64,000 nucleotides of DNA from Octopus vulgaris (Eukaryota), in contig OX597819.1 in NCBI GenBank assembly GCA_951406725.2, positions 19,468,001 to 19,532,000 on the forward strand, read 5' to 3'. Positions 28,298 to 44,391 of the stretch are shown in pieces. The notes beneath the pieces are model-generated. The model saw nothing but the letters and a program-made list of their open reading frames with translations, was not told where the DNA came from and made no database searches. Numbering within the stretch: position 1 is the first letter of the stretch; each line of letters begins with the position of its first letter. The translations under genes were made by a program, and so were the position numbers.

Positions 28298-28520
28298 AAC
28301 AAGAACAAGTCATACCATTCATAGTGACACACAACCCATGTCACCAGAATATCTTCAACATTGCCAAAGCAAACCTACCAATCATTGCCCAAAGTAATGA
28401 ATTAAAAGACATAATCAAGGATCGAGCTATGGTGCTTAGTAAAAGACAGCCTAAAAACTTGAAAACATTACTAACAAAGGCAAAATTTGACCTCAGCAAC
28501 AAAGACCAAACATTCACGGT
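28298..28520 (+). mobile_element. Penelope-like element fragment (linker between RT thumb and GIY-YIG endonuclease) next to a (TA)n tract
   Basis: Translates as EQVIPFIVTHNP...VLSKRQPKNLKTLLTKAKF, matching the PFVxTxNP...xRxPKNLxxLLxxA pattern of Penelope-like elements. Confidence 0.75.
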
Positions 28521-29564
28521 ATGCGGTCAATACGAGTGTGCGTGTGTGTGTATGTGTATAAATACACGCCTCTTACATTTAACTCTCTTGTGTTTGAACC
28601 CACCGATAAATGCATACAATACAGGAAAGAAAAAATTGAAATAAAATAAGCAGATATATCGACGATAGAGTTCCTAGTAGTTATTGTTTATACAAATCTG
28701 CGAAAATGAGCATTTTAGTCTATCGTTGTATCTTATATCTATTTCGGAGTGCCTATTCACAAGATTCTCTGTACACATTAAAATCCACAACTCCTCCTCG
28801 GGACAGAGATTACAATATCTTGACAACATATTAGAAAGACATGGATTTTATATTAACATCTATGTGATGTATTGAATTTTTCTTTCCTCAAGTTTCCCGA
28901 GGAAGTTAGCGACTGACGCGCAGTGTCTATTATTAATGATTTTCAAAGATGCAATTGGGCTACGATATCGATGTTTGAAGCAATCAACTATCTCACCGAT
29001 ATATAGAAATCAATTTGCTAATATTCTAACTGCATATATGTAGATTATGTTCTTAGAAAAGCATTCGTTTCTCTTGGGAAATGAGATCTTGACTTAAAAA
29101 TATGTACCCCACAGTTATATACTCGGTAGCAACTAGTATTTCTTCTGTTTCTAAGTTTTCCATTATAGTGTCTGTGGTTATAATTAGTGGTGTTATTATT
29201 GGTCATTATTTGTGCTTTCTCGATAATAATTTGACCATGATGTGTGAATTGCACTTTATAGTGAAATTGACTCTGTTTTATTGGTTATTTCTGTATTTCC
29301 GTATTTTGTATTTCGAATGTAATTGCATATTTATCTGCCATTGTAACTATCTGTAGACTACAAAACAATGTTAAACTGCTTCACCCATGCATTCACATGC
29401 AAATTGAAATGACAGTTGGATCATGTGAAAGGTTTGTTTTAAGAAACATCCGAAGAGGTGCATTTTAGATGTAGGAGAGAAGATAAGCATTGCACAACAT
29501 CTCACCAATGTACTAGCAATATAAAAAGATGTATGCTAGACCATTGAAATCTACAAGAGTTTTT

Positions 29565-29720
29565 CATTCTCTCTCTGTTTATTTTCTCTTATTTCTTTCT
29601 GTTGATGAGCGTAGGCTTGAAACATACAAGACTTTTTCCTTTTCCCGAGTGTCAAAATAATACACTTGCTTGTTGTTTATATACCGGATTCAGTCATTTG
29701 CTTTTCTATAAATTTCAACT
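29565..29720 (+). mobile_element. Penelope-like terminal fragment, family B, with minimal hammerhead motif at 29594-29631
   Basis: TCTTT CTGTTGA T GAGC GTAG GCTT GAAACATA CAAGA; homologous to 50240-50420 and 61612-61825. Confidence 0.6.
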
Positions 29721-29801
29721 ATACATACATACATACATGCATATATATATATATATATATATATACATACATACATACATAAATATATATACATATACAT
29801 A

Positions 29802-29844
<43 letters not shown>

Positions 29845-29908
29845 GCACACACACACACATATATATACATATCCATATATATATATAATTATATAATTTT
29901 AATTTCCG

Positions 29909-31308
<1,400 letters not shown>

Positions 31309-31404
31309 TATGAGCACACGCACACACACACATATATATATATGTATATGTGTGTGTGTGTATTTACTTATGTATATAACTATATGTATATATATAAAAT
31401 ATGA

Positions 31405-31608
31405 CCTCGTGTGTACCGTTGGCGATTTTTTTTCCTCTGTCTTCTCTTCTTTGGATTTTTCCTTCTCCTATGTTTCCGACGAAGAGCTCCGCTCGAAACA
31501 TTAAACCCTCCTTCTTCCCCTCTTTCCCGAGCGTCCAATAATACTATATTTGTTCCACGTCCTCACGTTGTTGTGTTTTTTTGTGTTTTCTTGTTTGGAT
31601 TAACTATA

Positions 31609-31610
<2 letters not shown>
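31405..31610 (+). mobile_element. Penelope-like terminal fragment, family A, with minimal hammerhead motif at 31472-31506
   Basis: GTTT CCGACGA A GAGC TCC GCTC GAAACATT AAAC; second copy at 46130-46300; (TA)n flanks. Confidence 0.65.
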
Positions 31611-31642
<32 letters not shown>

Positions 31643-31651
31643 GGCTGAATA

Positions 31652-31707
<56 letters not shown>

Positions 31708-32489
31708 GTATACACACATATGTTCAAATAGTTTAACAAACCTAATGCATAATTAATGCTTCAAGCATTATCATAGAAAAATGTATGTAAAGTTACAACC
31801 ATAAAGTTATAAGTATAAGCAGAGTGTGAGAGAGAGGGAGGGAGAGGAAGAGAGAAAGAGAAAGGGAAAGAGAGAGAGAAAGAGTGAGAAAAAGGATGAG
31901 AGGAAGTGAGGACAGAGTGAAGGAATGTGAAAGAGGGGCAGTGATAGATTTGAGAGAGGAAGGGATAATGTCAGCGCTACACCTCCGTATAAACAACCAC
32001 GTGACATAAAGTGTTACAAACAGAAACTTTTAATAACTGCAATTTTACTCTCATTCCCAAAATATTACTACAAAATGGAAGAGAAATAAAAACCGCCTAA
32101 CCCTGATTTATCAAAGTTCCGGAAGAAAGCAAAAATTGATCGATAGTCCAACTGTAAAAATCAATATAAATGAAGTCAATTATAACCATTTTGCCGACAT
32201 TATTTGTTTAATGTTGGACATATAAATCACCTTGTAGAAAAATACTCTCTACCATATGGCTGTTAAATGTGTTTACATTACAACACTGCAACAGGAATTT
32301 TTGTTAATTTATCCATTTGCTTTCTGCATTATTATTATTTTTTTCTTTTAGATACGAAGTGGAAATTCTATTAAAGTTCACTTTAGAATTCTAGTAACGT
32401 AATTCAGGTTGTTACTTCCCAGATGGCAAGAACAGCGACTCACAGACACCAGAACAACATGTTTGTGTAAAATGCTTCAGAATTATTTC

Positions 32490-32535
<46 letters not shown>

Positions 32536-32807
32536 TTTCCCTCTCTCTCTTTTTCTCACACACAGAGTATCTCTCGCTCACTCTCTCTTTCATTCTCCCT
32601 CTCATTTTCTGTTTTGCGTCTCCTTGCATTAGTCTTATTTCTGTTTTTGTATGGGTATGTATATATGACTGTTTGTGAGTATATATAATATACATACATG
32701 CACTTATATACATACACATCTATATAATGCATACACATACGCCTACATTCGTATGTATATATATGCATATATATATATATATATATATATATGTATACAT
32801 ATATGTA

Positions 32808-32846
<39 letters not shown>

Positions 32847-32857
32847 ACATATATGTA

Positions 32858-32919
<62 letters not shown>

Positions 32920-33889
32920 ATATATATATATATATATATATATAGATACACACACACACACATAAACACACACCGTCTTATATTTTTAAATTGTGAGTTA
33001 TTTTCCCCTCCTACCAACTCGTGAAATGGGAGAATTCTTTTCTGCCCCCCCCCCATTTTTTTAAATAAATGAAGAAACGTATCACCATCAATAAGAAAAA
33101 AATAAAAATACCACAACCTGTAGCAAGAACACCAACAATAATATTCCTACTTGTACGTTAAATTGTATTTTTTTTTTATTAGTAGATATAACCATACATT
33201 TTGCTGTTCATCACATTTTTATTTATTTATAAAGCGAATTTCAAAAGCCTATGCAGAAAAAAAAAACAACAAAAAAATTGACTCTATATGTGTGTGTCTG
33301 TGTGTCCATATGTGTTTATGTATCCTTGTGTGTGCACGTGTGGGTTTCTGTTGCTATATATAAACTATAATAATAGTACGCGGAGTAATAATTATAATGA
33401 TGATGATGTGGAAGAGTTTTTTTTTAGATTATTATTAACAAAGATAATATTAGTAAAAATAATTATATTATAAATATATGAAATACAAGAATAAAATTTA
33501 TTGACGCGTGAGTGGGTAGATAGCTAAATGCATTAGGCTAAATGCCAGCTTGTCTGTAAGCGAATTGAAAGGAAATGGTATATACCTGCACGAATCGGCA
33601 TATCTAATATTTACATGGCTCCGATATTTTGGAATATTCTAGTCCAGACAGCGAAGAACATCAAAGACAACCGTTCAGATATCCATAATGAAAGGCAGGA
33701 AGGAAACCCTACTTGCTCGGATAGACACCTGAATGCTTTCCGATTAAATTATTGCCTGGATGAAAGGCGATTGCCATGAATATGGAAGGATCTCAAAATA
33801 GATAGTGGCAAGATGTCGGATTTGGATATAAAAATAGCAACGATAATTGGTGCATTAGTAATGATAATTCCAAATCTTGGAACGGTTTC

Positions 33890-34475
33890 AGCAGTTTTAG
33901 AGAATTGGGTAAGTCGATAACATTGATCCCTGTGTTCAATTGGTGCTTATTTGATCGATTTCGAAAGGTGAATCACCCTTGTTGGATTTTAAACTTTATA
34001 CGTAAAAGCCTGGAAGAAATGCCGTTAAATATTTTGGTCCCCCCACTAACAATTCTGCCAGCTCGCCAACTTCGGATGAAAACAAATTTCAATTTTAAAA
34101 ATATAGCTTTAACTATACACAACAGAACTCGAACATGAGCACAAAATCTCTCAAGAAAGACAGCATAGGAACAATACAATTACTAGGAAAGATCCACCTC
34201 AACTAACTCATCACCTATTCAACACAATCTTCTACCAATATTATAACAAGCCTAAAGTCGGTGAGCTGGCAGAATCGTTAGCGCGCTGGACGAAATGCTA
34301 AACGGTATTTCGACCGTCGCTACGTTCTGAGTTCAAAATTCCGCCGTGGTCGACTTTGCCTTTCGTCCTCTCGGCATCGATAAATTAAGTACCACTTGCG
34401 TACTGGGGTCGATGTAATAAACTGGTCCCTTATCCCAACATTTCAGGCCTTGGACCTATAGTAGAAATGATATTG
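33890..34475. mobile_element. Two SINE family 2 copies (about 33890-34075 minus, 34258-34475 plus)
   Basis: GGTGAGCTGGCAGAATCGTTAGC...GTCGACTTTGCCTTTC on plus; TTCTGCCAGCTCGCC on the reverse copy. Confidence 0.85.
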
Positions 34476-35586
34476 TAACAAGCCCAAGACAATAATTACA
34501 GCATATATTTTGCATAATTATCCTACATTACTTAAGCAGAAACTACTCAGTACCTTCTCTATGGAGCACATATTCTATAAAACAATCTATCAATACCCGA
34601 ACGAGATTGATACAACATATAACTGTGCCTAGGAAAGCTCCTCTTGTAAAAATTGTAACCAAAGCCGGAGAAAATATATAATACTATGAAGTGTATGAGA
34701 CTAAAGTGAAGGGACAGATGCGTATTCTTCCCTTCCAGGTCATTTTGGGTTTTTTTAAGTAAGGCTCTAGTCCAATTCGTAGATGTTACTGTTGTTGTTG
34801 TTGTTTGTGTTGTTTCTTTTATTGCTTCACCCCAGATCATTTCTGATGCGGAAAACATTCGACCAAGATTGTTTTCTCTCTGACAATTCCTTATTTCTTA
34901 TCAGAAACATTATATATTGAATGGGAACACGCCTTGTTCCGCACGTATTTCACGATGGTACGAATGTGATTCCAAACACTAGTACTTTGCTATTGTTGTT
35001 GTTGATTAGATTTATGTCCCATTAGGACTGCAGTACATAAGATCAAATACGAACCACCTACGATAATCTCCTTATTTGATTTAGGCTCACTTTATCTACA
35101 GCTTCAAGAACCAATAAATCCTTTCCTAGTTACAAAACGTGTAAGCGAGTAATACTCACCAGCAAAGCAATCCTCTCGCCTTTGCTAATATATTGGAATG
35201 CCAGAACACGGAACAGTTACAATATGTAAATAGTCCTTATTTCTATTTTGGGAAATGTTTAATACTAAATGTATTTCAGATAGTTCACGACATGTAGGTG
35301 GTGTATATTGAATAATATGCATCGGAGCTGATAGACTAAAGAAAAAGGTTTGAAAAGGAGTAAGAATTATTGCCATTCCAGTATATATTTTATCGATTCC
35401 ATAAAGCAGAATAGTTAAAGTGACACTCACTGTTATAGAATTCAGAACGTAAAAGAATGAGCCAAACAAATGGTAGTTATTTCCCCGACCAGTTTTATGT
35501 TTCTGCAACACAACGATTTGAATAATTAATGAAAACGAATTCGGTATTTATTGTGAATATCTATGTACAACAGGAATGTATGGATA

Positions 35587-35676
<90 letters not shown>

Positions 35677-36295
35677 ATGTGTGTATACACATATGTGCAT
35701 ATATATGTGTGTATATATACAGTTATGTTTATTTTTGTGTATACATTATGATGCTTATGTTAAAGGCATGTACTGCATGATAACATTTTGTGATGTTATA
35801 TTTATGTAATAATTATAATATTACATTGTTATATGTCTACTGAGATAGCTATGTTCTAAAGAATATAAAAAAAATCTGATTTGATATGACACGACTGTGA
35901 TTTGCCTTTTAGGTATGATATGGTTAAAGAACTAACGAGATTATTTATGTCACATGTAAATATGATATCGGTTAAGATGGCAGAAATCCCAATAGTAATG
36001 GCGGAAATATGAAAGAGAATAATTGTAAACTATTCAGATATTACCCATGCTGTTTTGCGACGGATATTACTGAATTATTCATCAGAATCAATAGAGCCGC
36101 CATTTTTGTTAGTTCATTTGGAATTAATGCATTGTAAAATGGACGCTCAAAGGAAGCCGAAAAGAAATATGTAGCTGACGTCATATTGCTTGAGTATGCT
36201 GTTAATTTATAAGTATTGTAAACTGTATTTAAAAGAACGCTATATTTAAGAACATTAAACTATACAAATACGTATACAAATATATATATGTATAC

Positions 36296-36380
<85 letters not shown>

Positions 36381-36675
36381 TTTGTGTGTGTATGTATGTC
36401 GGTGCATGTGTATGTGCGAATGTATTCCTAAGCAATGCAAAAATAGTGTTTTCTATTATTGTTTGGTGCAGTGTAGTGTATTCTGAATGTGGTCGACGAT
36501 TCGAATTAGCAAATATTTAAAGAGATGGTTACTATTTCTGTATTCTCTTTCTAAACGAGAACAATATAATTTCTATACGTATAAACGTTTACGTATATAT
36601 TGTGCAGATATAATCGCAGGCACGTATATCCAGATGCGTTTGCAATCGATCTCTATATATTCATCTATCTATCTC

Positions 36676-36797
<122 letters not shown>

Positions 36798-36928
36798 TAG
36801 ATAAATGAATTATCTTATTACGGATAATTCGAAAGATAACCGATACCTGGGTAGCAAAACTCACAACAGAAAAGGCACGGTTTAAGTTACGACCATAAAT
36901 CTCCGTTCAGCTCCATTCTTTCCTATTC

Positions 36929-36992
<64 letters not shown>

Positions 36993-37289
36993 GAAATCGA
37001 TTATGTACTCAACTGAGGACATTTTGTAGCCTTTCTTCTTTACCCTGAAGCATATTCTCTTTACTCTCCGCGCTACAAAACCGCACAGGAGGAAGTTCTA
37101 ACTGCTATGATCCATGAAGTGATCCGTAACCTGACCGTAGCTTATTAATCACACTGACTCCTTAATAGAGAGCACTGATCGTTTAAACCTGTAACAGGTT
37201 TTCCTTTATGGTTGGAATAAACGAACACTGTTTAATCCTCATAATCTCTGCAATAGAAACATATATAATAATGCAGTCACTATTTCGTT

Positions 37290-37500
37290 GGAGCCAGAAA
37301 TTTTGAGGAGGACTAAAATTTTGGTGGGGTCTAAGTTGTTTGCATGAGCCTCAGAACTCAGCTGGTCTTCATTTTATCGAACGAGAACGGATAAAATGCA
37401 AAGTATGACATGGTGGAATTTGAACCCAGTACGTGAAAAACGGACGAAATGCCGCTAAGCATTGTGTCTGGTGTGCTAACACTTCACTCGCCGCGCTGCT
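37290..37500 (-). mobile_element. SINE family 2, diverged
   Basis: GGAATTTGAACCCAG...GACGAAATGCCGCTAAGCATT...GCTAAC is the reverse complement of the family 2 head. Confidence 0.75.
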
Positions 37501-37513
37501 TTGGAAAATATCT

Positions 37514-37580
<67 letters not shown>

Positions 37581-37604
37581 TGATGATGATGATGATGATG
37601 ATTA

Positions 37605-38826
37605 TGATAAATGCAGATTCTGCGACACATTTGACGAAATAATAGACCATCTCATCTCAGGATATCATGTGCTGACACCAAACGAATACAAAATTCGGCA
37701 CGATATGTAGGACAGTATTTACTCTGGAAAATATGTAAGCGTCACAAAATCAGTACTCCTGCTTACTCGTATGAACATCCTCCTGCGCTAGTCGTTGAAT
37801 GTAAACATGTCACTGTCCCCTGGGATTTTCCAGTCAACACTGATAGAAACAGTCAAGGTTAATCGACCAGACATAATTATTAAAGACAGGGAAGAAAATA
37901 TTTGTAGATTTATAGATGTAACTTTTCCCACTGGTAAAAATATACCTGTAAAGGAATTTGACAAACTAAGTATAAGGAGATGGAAAATGATATACAAAAG
38001 ATGTGGCATCTTAAAACGAGGACTATTCCTGTTATTGTAGGAGCCCTAGGTATGATAAAATGAGGATGTCAGAAACATCCAGTTAAGACTATCAATAGAA
38101 CCATGCCTGAGAGAAATCCAAAAGATTGTATTAACAAGAACTGCCCATATAGTAAAACCCTATCCATTTAAATGTTTGTGTTCTATAACCAGAAGATATA
38201 TCGCTGCTTCCCCTCCTCAAGCTTTCAGTCATACTGTTACAAACCTGCTGATTAAAGTATTAAAAAATTCCTAATAACAGAGGACCAGGCAGTGGCTCTC
38301 ATGGCTTCTAATCTTAACTGATTGGAAGTGTTATCATGTACATTTTTTTGTCTTGGTATAAACGATGGGCTACAGCAAATATTCTGCTCAATACCACAGA
38401 TTTGCTTGTCAGTTGTTTGACCTTAACCAGTTGAGCATGTCCCTTAGTGGCTGACAATATATGCATCTCTGACCACTAGCAGAAGTAGTGGGGGAGCATC
38501 ATAGCATTGTGCCGAGAGGAATTCTTTGTGGTTTGGATAATTCACCTTTGGAAACATGGCTGACTTATACAGGATCCTTAAACAATCCTTATTCATGGAA
38601 TTTTTGAGCGGGGTGTGTTACTCGACCTGAAAATAACTCTAACTGGGCGCCACCTGCAAGGTCATGCGCTGTTTACCTTGATATGAGTTCAACATTTCGT
38701 ACACATAAGGTTGTTATGCATGTACTCGGTGTACCCTTATCAGACGGGTAGTCATGATGGGTAAAGTTGGCTTCGTATATTTTACACAAGTGCCACTTTA
38801 TTTTGGCATCCGGTGCTCTTTCACTA
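37605..38826 (+). mobile_element. R4/Dong-clade LINE 3' fragment (knuckle plus RLE) followed by the ~500-bp 3' repeat
   Basis: DKCRFCDTFDEIIDHLISG, NRPDIIIKD...FIDVTFP, IPVIVGALGMIK and IQKIVLTRTAHI; preceded by (TAA)n(TGA)n; 38280-38826 is homologous to 16819-17322. Confidence 0.9.
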
Positions 38827-38849
38827 AATAATGAACATAACATAGAATA

Positions 38850-39290
38850 GAGTGGATGAGACCATTACCAATATCACGAACGAATGCCCAAGGTTTGCCC
38901 AAAACTACAAGTTATGGCGACACTATCATGTAGCGAAGGCGCTACACTGGAAACAGTACGAAAATTTGGCGCTAAAGAGAGGCAAGAAGTGGTATGAGTA
39001 CAAGCCGCAGTAACTGCTTTGAGTGGCGGACTATGAATCTAGCAAAATCCGCTGGGATTTTCCAATCCAAACAGATCATGTGTTGGAGCATAACAGTCCC
39101 AACTTAGTGGTGGTGGGCAAGGAGAACCACATGTGTTATATAGTTCAGGTTGCATGCTCATTTGAACCACGAATAGTCAAGAAGGATGTCGAAAAGTTAG
39201 ATACAACCCTCTTAAATACGAAACAAACCGGTTATGTGACCACAGAGCAAATTAAGGCTGGATTCTTGGGGACAGTATCAGAAGGCGTAA
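38850..39290 (+). mobile_element. RLE-domain fragment of a different R4-clade LINE family
   Basis: ETITNITNECP...RHYHVAKALHWK...KWYEY and KIRWDFPIQTDHVLEHNSPNLVVV; followed by a (TGA)n/(TAA)n tract at 39290-39500. Confidence 0.85.
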
Positions 39291-39424
39291 TGATGATGAT
39301 GATGATGATGACGACGACAACAACAACGATAATAATAATAATAATTATTATAATAATAAAAATAATAATAATAATAATAGTAATAATAATAATAATGATG
39401 ATGATGATGATGAAGATGATGATG

Positions 39425-39500
<76 letters not shown>

Positions 39501-39906
39501 TATATCACCGTAATAGCAATGCGCTAGCTCCTGCATTCGATCCTCGGAAGAGGAGAGGTAGGTAAAGAAGGGAACCTTTCAATACTTTTTTCAGTTTTGC
39601 TGCTCATTTTCAAATATGGTTTAAATGTGAGACAACATCTAATCCTGAATAGAAAGAGCAGAAATCGTGTTCCTTCTGAGAATGTCTGGTATAACGTGAC
39701 TCGTTACACAGAATGTGTAACTTGTAATTCAAAGTTCCTCTCCGGTTTGTGTCGCTATTTCTCTACATTGTGAGGTTACATTACCATTATAACGGATAAG
39801 TTTCAAAAGACAGATTCTTCAAGTCGAACCGTCCAGCACAGGATTCAGGGGTTGACGAAGCATGTGGTGATTGCATAGTGTCCATTGTGTTAATTAGTTA
39901 CACATG

Positions 39907-40320
39907 GGCGCAGGAGTGGCTGTGTGGTAAGTAGCTTGTTTACCAACCACCTGGTTCCAGGTTCACTCCCACTGCGTGGCACCTTGGGCAAGTGTCTTCT
40001 ATTAAAGCCTCGGGCCAACCAAAGCCTTGTGAGTGGATTTGGTAGACGGAAACTGAAAGAAGCCCGCCGTATATATATATATATATGTATGTGCGTGTAT
40101 GTTTGTGTGCTTGTGTTTGTCCCCCTAGCATTACTTGACAACCGATACTGGTGTGTTTAGGTCCCCGTCACTTAGCGGTTCGGCAAAAGAGACCGATAGA
40201 ATAAGTACTGGGCTTACAAAGAATAAGTCCTGGGGTCAATTTGCTCGACTAAAAGACGGTGCTCCAGCATGGCCGCAGTCAAATGATTGAAACAAGTAAA
40301 AAAGTAAAAGAAAAGAGTAA
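39907..40320 (+). mobile_element. SINE family 1, full length
   Basis: tRNA-like head GGCGCAGGAGTGGCTGTGTGG...GGTTCACTCCC, internal TA/TG tract and GTAAAA-repeat tail. Confidence 0.95.
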
Positions 40321-40773
40321 ATAGGCAACCAGTCAGAAAAGCGTAATGACTGCTACTAGGGAAAGGACGCTATGAAGCAAGTGCCTAAGATCAGCGCCAC
40401 CAAGACCCTCCTAGAAATAGAGAATAGGGAAGATGGCTGGATTGATTAGTTGAAGAATATTAGAAGACCATTTGAAGATACTATCTCAGAATATAGGCAA
40501 CAAAATAGATATAATTTTAAACTTTTTTCATGAAATCTTTAAAGCAAATATATATATATATAATTACTTGAGGGAATATTAATCCTAACTTACAGGGATT
40601 TAGAAATACTAAATCAAGTTTCAGACAATGTGCTATATATATATATATATATATATATGACATTAAAAAGAACCACCTTTTATGAATTCAAACTGATAAT
40701 ATTTCTATTATGTGTAATTTTCTAGATGGTGCAATTTAATTGTTCATTTTGAATTGATAAAAGGTGGTATACA

Positions 40774-40869
<96 letters not shown>

Positions 40870-40903
40870 CAGATAGATAGATAGATAGGTAGATATGAAT
40901 ATA

Positions 40904-40943
<40 letters not shown>

Positions 40944-41235
40944 TATATACATATATCTATATCTATATATATATATATATATATATGAACATTGGCTACC
41001 TTATGGAGATTACGTACACACTGCAACAGCATCACGTATCAGTTTACATGAAGAATATTTGCGTACCCTGAGGCACATAACAAATAACTTGATTAAAGGT
41101 TAAGGTATAGCCAGAGAGCGTGGTTTCGTATGATTTCCTGAGAAGCATTGTAAGAAAATCCGCAAGAACAATAACGGAAAATTACGCATTCTATTTGTAT
41201 CTTTGGCCCCTATGATGTTTCAAACACTAAGTATG

Positions 41236-41290
<55 letters not shown>

Positions 41291-42109
41291 TATGAAAATA
41301 CATGTATATACTACGTCTTTTTGCGGTAGTAGAAAAGGAATTTTAGCTCCTATTTCTAAATTCTGTGCGTGGCGAAGCAATTAGCTGCCCCCTAATTATA
41401 TTTATGTTTATGATTATAGAATATTTATGTATACAAACATAAATACATTCAAACATGCATCAGCATTCGTACATACCTACCCATATGTAAATATATCCGT
41501 ATGATTTTTGAGTCATGTATGTCTTTGATTGAGTCACGACGAAGAACATAAACGCTCGAACAGCGAAATTATGGATATAAATATAGTGCAACCATTGAGT
41601 AAACGGGCTGCGAAAAAAGGTGCAAACTAGAAAATATCTTGAACGTCAAGCTTAGAAAGCATGAATACATAGGGAGCATGAATAAAAAAATTAAATTATT
41701 TTCCACATGAGTAAAAATGAAATCTGCTTCCCATGTATAAACTTCTCTCGGGCTTATAGGAGCAGATGCACGTACATCTACACATACGTATATATTCTTT
41801 TATTTCAAATTTAAAACAGGATCTTGTGCACGGTTAAACAAACGTATAATTCAGTAACATTCTTTTGCCCGACTACAGCCCAGTATTTTATTTTCCGAGA
41901 TTTTAAGGTGGTCATAGCGTCTTTTGGCGTCTATTTTTCCAGCGCGTAGAGAGGCTTATAGTCAATCCCTTGTTATAATAATCTATATAATTATTAAAAT
42001 ATTTGTATATACAGGTGTATATATGGATATGTATATATGTGTGTGTATGTATGTATGTATTACACAAATCCATTTCGCCTAGAGGGCTCAGAAGATCTGT
42101 GGCAAAATG

Positions 42110-42450
42110 TTTGCTTCCTTGAACTGATAACTTAGTGCAATTGGCTGCAGGTAGAAAACCCATAATTCATGCACGTTTCAGGGGTTTTAACCCGTGTTGA
42201 AAGAATAATAACAATTCCCGAGAAAATGGTTAAAGGCACTTATCACACATTGCCAAGATAGGAAATGACAATACATGAAGAATCAGTCAGAATTCTCTCT
42301 TTCGTTAATGGTGTCGTGGGAACAATTTCAAAGAATATGGATGCAATGCTTGAGGTGTTAGGTATATCACATATATTAAGGAGTGCAAAGATGACTGCGG
42401 TGCATGAAACTGGCCATGTACTGTGGTAGACCTTGTCCGCTTAAGCTATT
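42110..42450 (+). mobile_element. Very old R4/Dong-like RLE C-terminal fragment
   Basis: ILSFVNGVVGTISK...MTAVHETGHVLW*TLS parallels IPIIVGALGMIKK...KIALLGTAHILRRTLS; followed by AAC/AAT repeats. Confidence 0.65.
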
Positions 42451-42837
42451 TGTTGGAGCTGAAGCATAATTACCACTTGCGCCATTGAAAAAGTCGTATT
42501 CATTAGACAACAGGAACAACAGCAATAATAAGACCAAATACAAGAACAACAACAACAATGTTTATTATATTAATTGTGCAGTATTTCTCATATCTTATCG
42601 TTTTATATTTCATTTCTGTTCAATTTTTATTGGTCATTATTCACAAGTTTTCATAAACTCCTGTGTGTTAGCATGATTAAATGTATGTGTACCAGTATAA
42701 TTTTATGTATGTATGTATAAGTGCATATATATGTATGTGTCTATCTATATACATGCATATATATGTATGTGTATATACACACACACATATATATATATAT
42801 ATATACCTATATATATATACATTTATATATACCTATT

Positions 42838-42892
<55 letters not shown>

Positions 42893-42913
42893 GTACATGC
42901 ATGTGTGGATATA

Positions 42914-42968
<55 letters not shown>

Positions 42969-43627
42969 CACGCATATAAATATATACATACGTATATGTG
43001 TATATGTATATATATATATGTATATTTTTTAAGCGTGTATATATATATACATATATATATATATGTATATGTTTTTCAAGTAATGTATGTATATATATGG
43101 ATGTGTTTCGTATGTACATTTGTATTTGTGTGTGTCTGTGGGCGCCCTTATACGCCTGTGTGTGTGTGTGTGTGTATGTGTGTGCGCGCGTATGTGCGTG
43201 TATAATTTCCTCGCAACACGTTTCAAAGATTATCAGTGGAAAATGTGTATAACTCTTTACAAACGTTTTTGATGTATTCTTGGTCTCATTGTGCGAATCC
43301 TCTTTTATCTCGCAACTACTTTTCTAAACATATTTCTCTGTATTTAACGTGTTATGATGACGCAACATAAAGCGACAAAGAGAATAATCGCAATATAAAT
43401 TAAGCAGGCGACAGAACAACCAACACAAACCCCTTCCATCCACCCCCAGGACACAGTGACACTCTTATGAAATGCGTTACCGCATTCAACTATTTTTCTA
43501 AATGTTCCTACATGTTTGTTACTGTCCCCATGTGTGTAAGTAGATATATTTGTGAATATAATTACCCACGTTAATTAAAGTGAATTAAAATGTACACACA
43601 TACGAGCACACACACATGTCGAAATAA

Positions 43628-43667
<40 letters not shown>

Positions 43668-43706
43668 GCTCAAACAAACATATATCTATATCTATCAATC
43701 TCCTTA

Positions 43707-43781
<75 letters not shown>

Positions 43782-43840
43782 TAGATAGATAGATAGATAG
43801 ATCAGATCGATGGATAAATAGATAGATCGATAGATATGAT

Positions 43841-43894
<54 letters not shown>

Positions 43895-43895
43895 G

Positions 43896-43927
<32 letters not shown>

Positions 43928-44239
43928 ATATTTACTCAAATCCACCTACAATTGTTTCTCCCATACAGGTAAATCAGTAGGCTATATATGGTCATGTGTG
44001 AAGTTTTATATTAAAACAGCGATTTATTAAATCGAATGATTACACAACATTTTTAGAAAGCAGAAACTGATGTCAGTATCAGCAGTTTCCTTATATATCT
44101 ATACATAAATATGTATGTGTGTATATGTGTGTGTGTGTCTGTATATATATATATGTAGGTCCCGGGTTGAGTCGGGATTAACCACAGTAAATAAGGTACT
44201 CAATACATTGTAGAGTAAAGTAATTTATTTTATAGAAGG

Positions 44240-44290
44240 AGCTTCTACAGGACCAGAACTGTTTCATTCAGATGAAATCTTCAGGAAGCT
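44240..44290 (-). ncRNA. Type I hammerhead ribozyme motif (left arm of palindrome)
   Basis: Mirror copy of the plus-strand motif, differing only in loop 3 (TTCTGGTC vs TTCTAGTC). Confidence 0.75.
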
Positions 44291-44337
44291 TCCTGAAGAT
44301 TTCATCTGAATGAAACAGTTCTAGTCCTGTAGAAGCT
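44287..44337 (+). ncRNA. Type I hammerhead ribozyme motif (right arm of palindrome)
   Basis: Helix I AGCTTC/GAAGCT; core CTGAAGA (44293-44299); helix II TTCA-TC-TGAA; GAAA (44312-44315); helix III ACAG/CTGT; predicted GUA cleavage after 44331. Confidence 0.75.
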
Positions 44338-44353
44338 ACTTAAAATAAATAAA

Positions 44354-44391
<38 letters not shown>

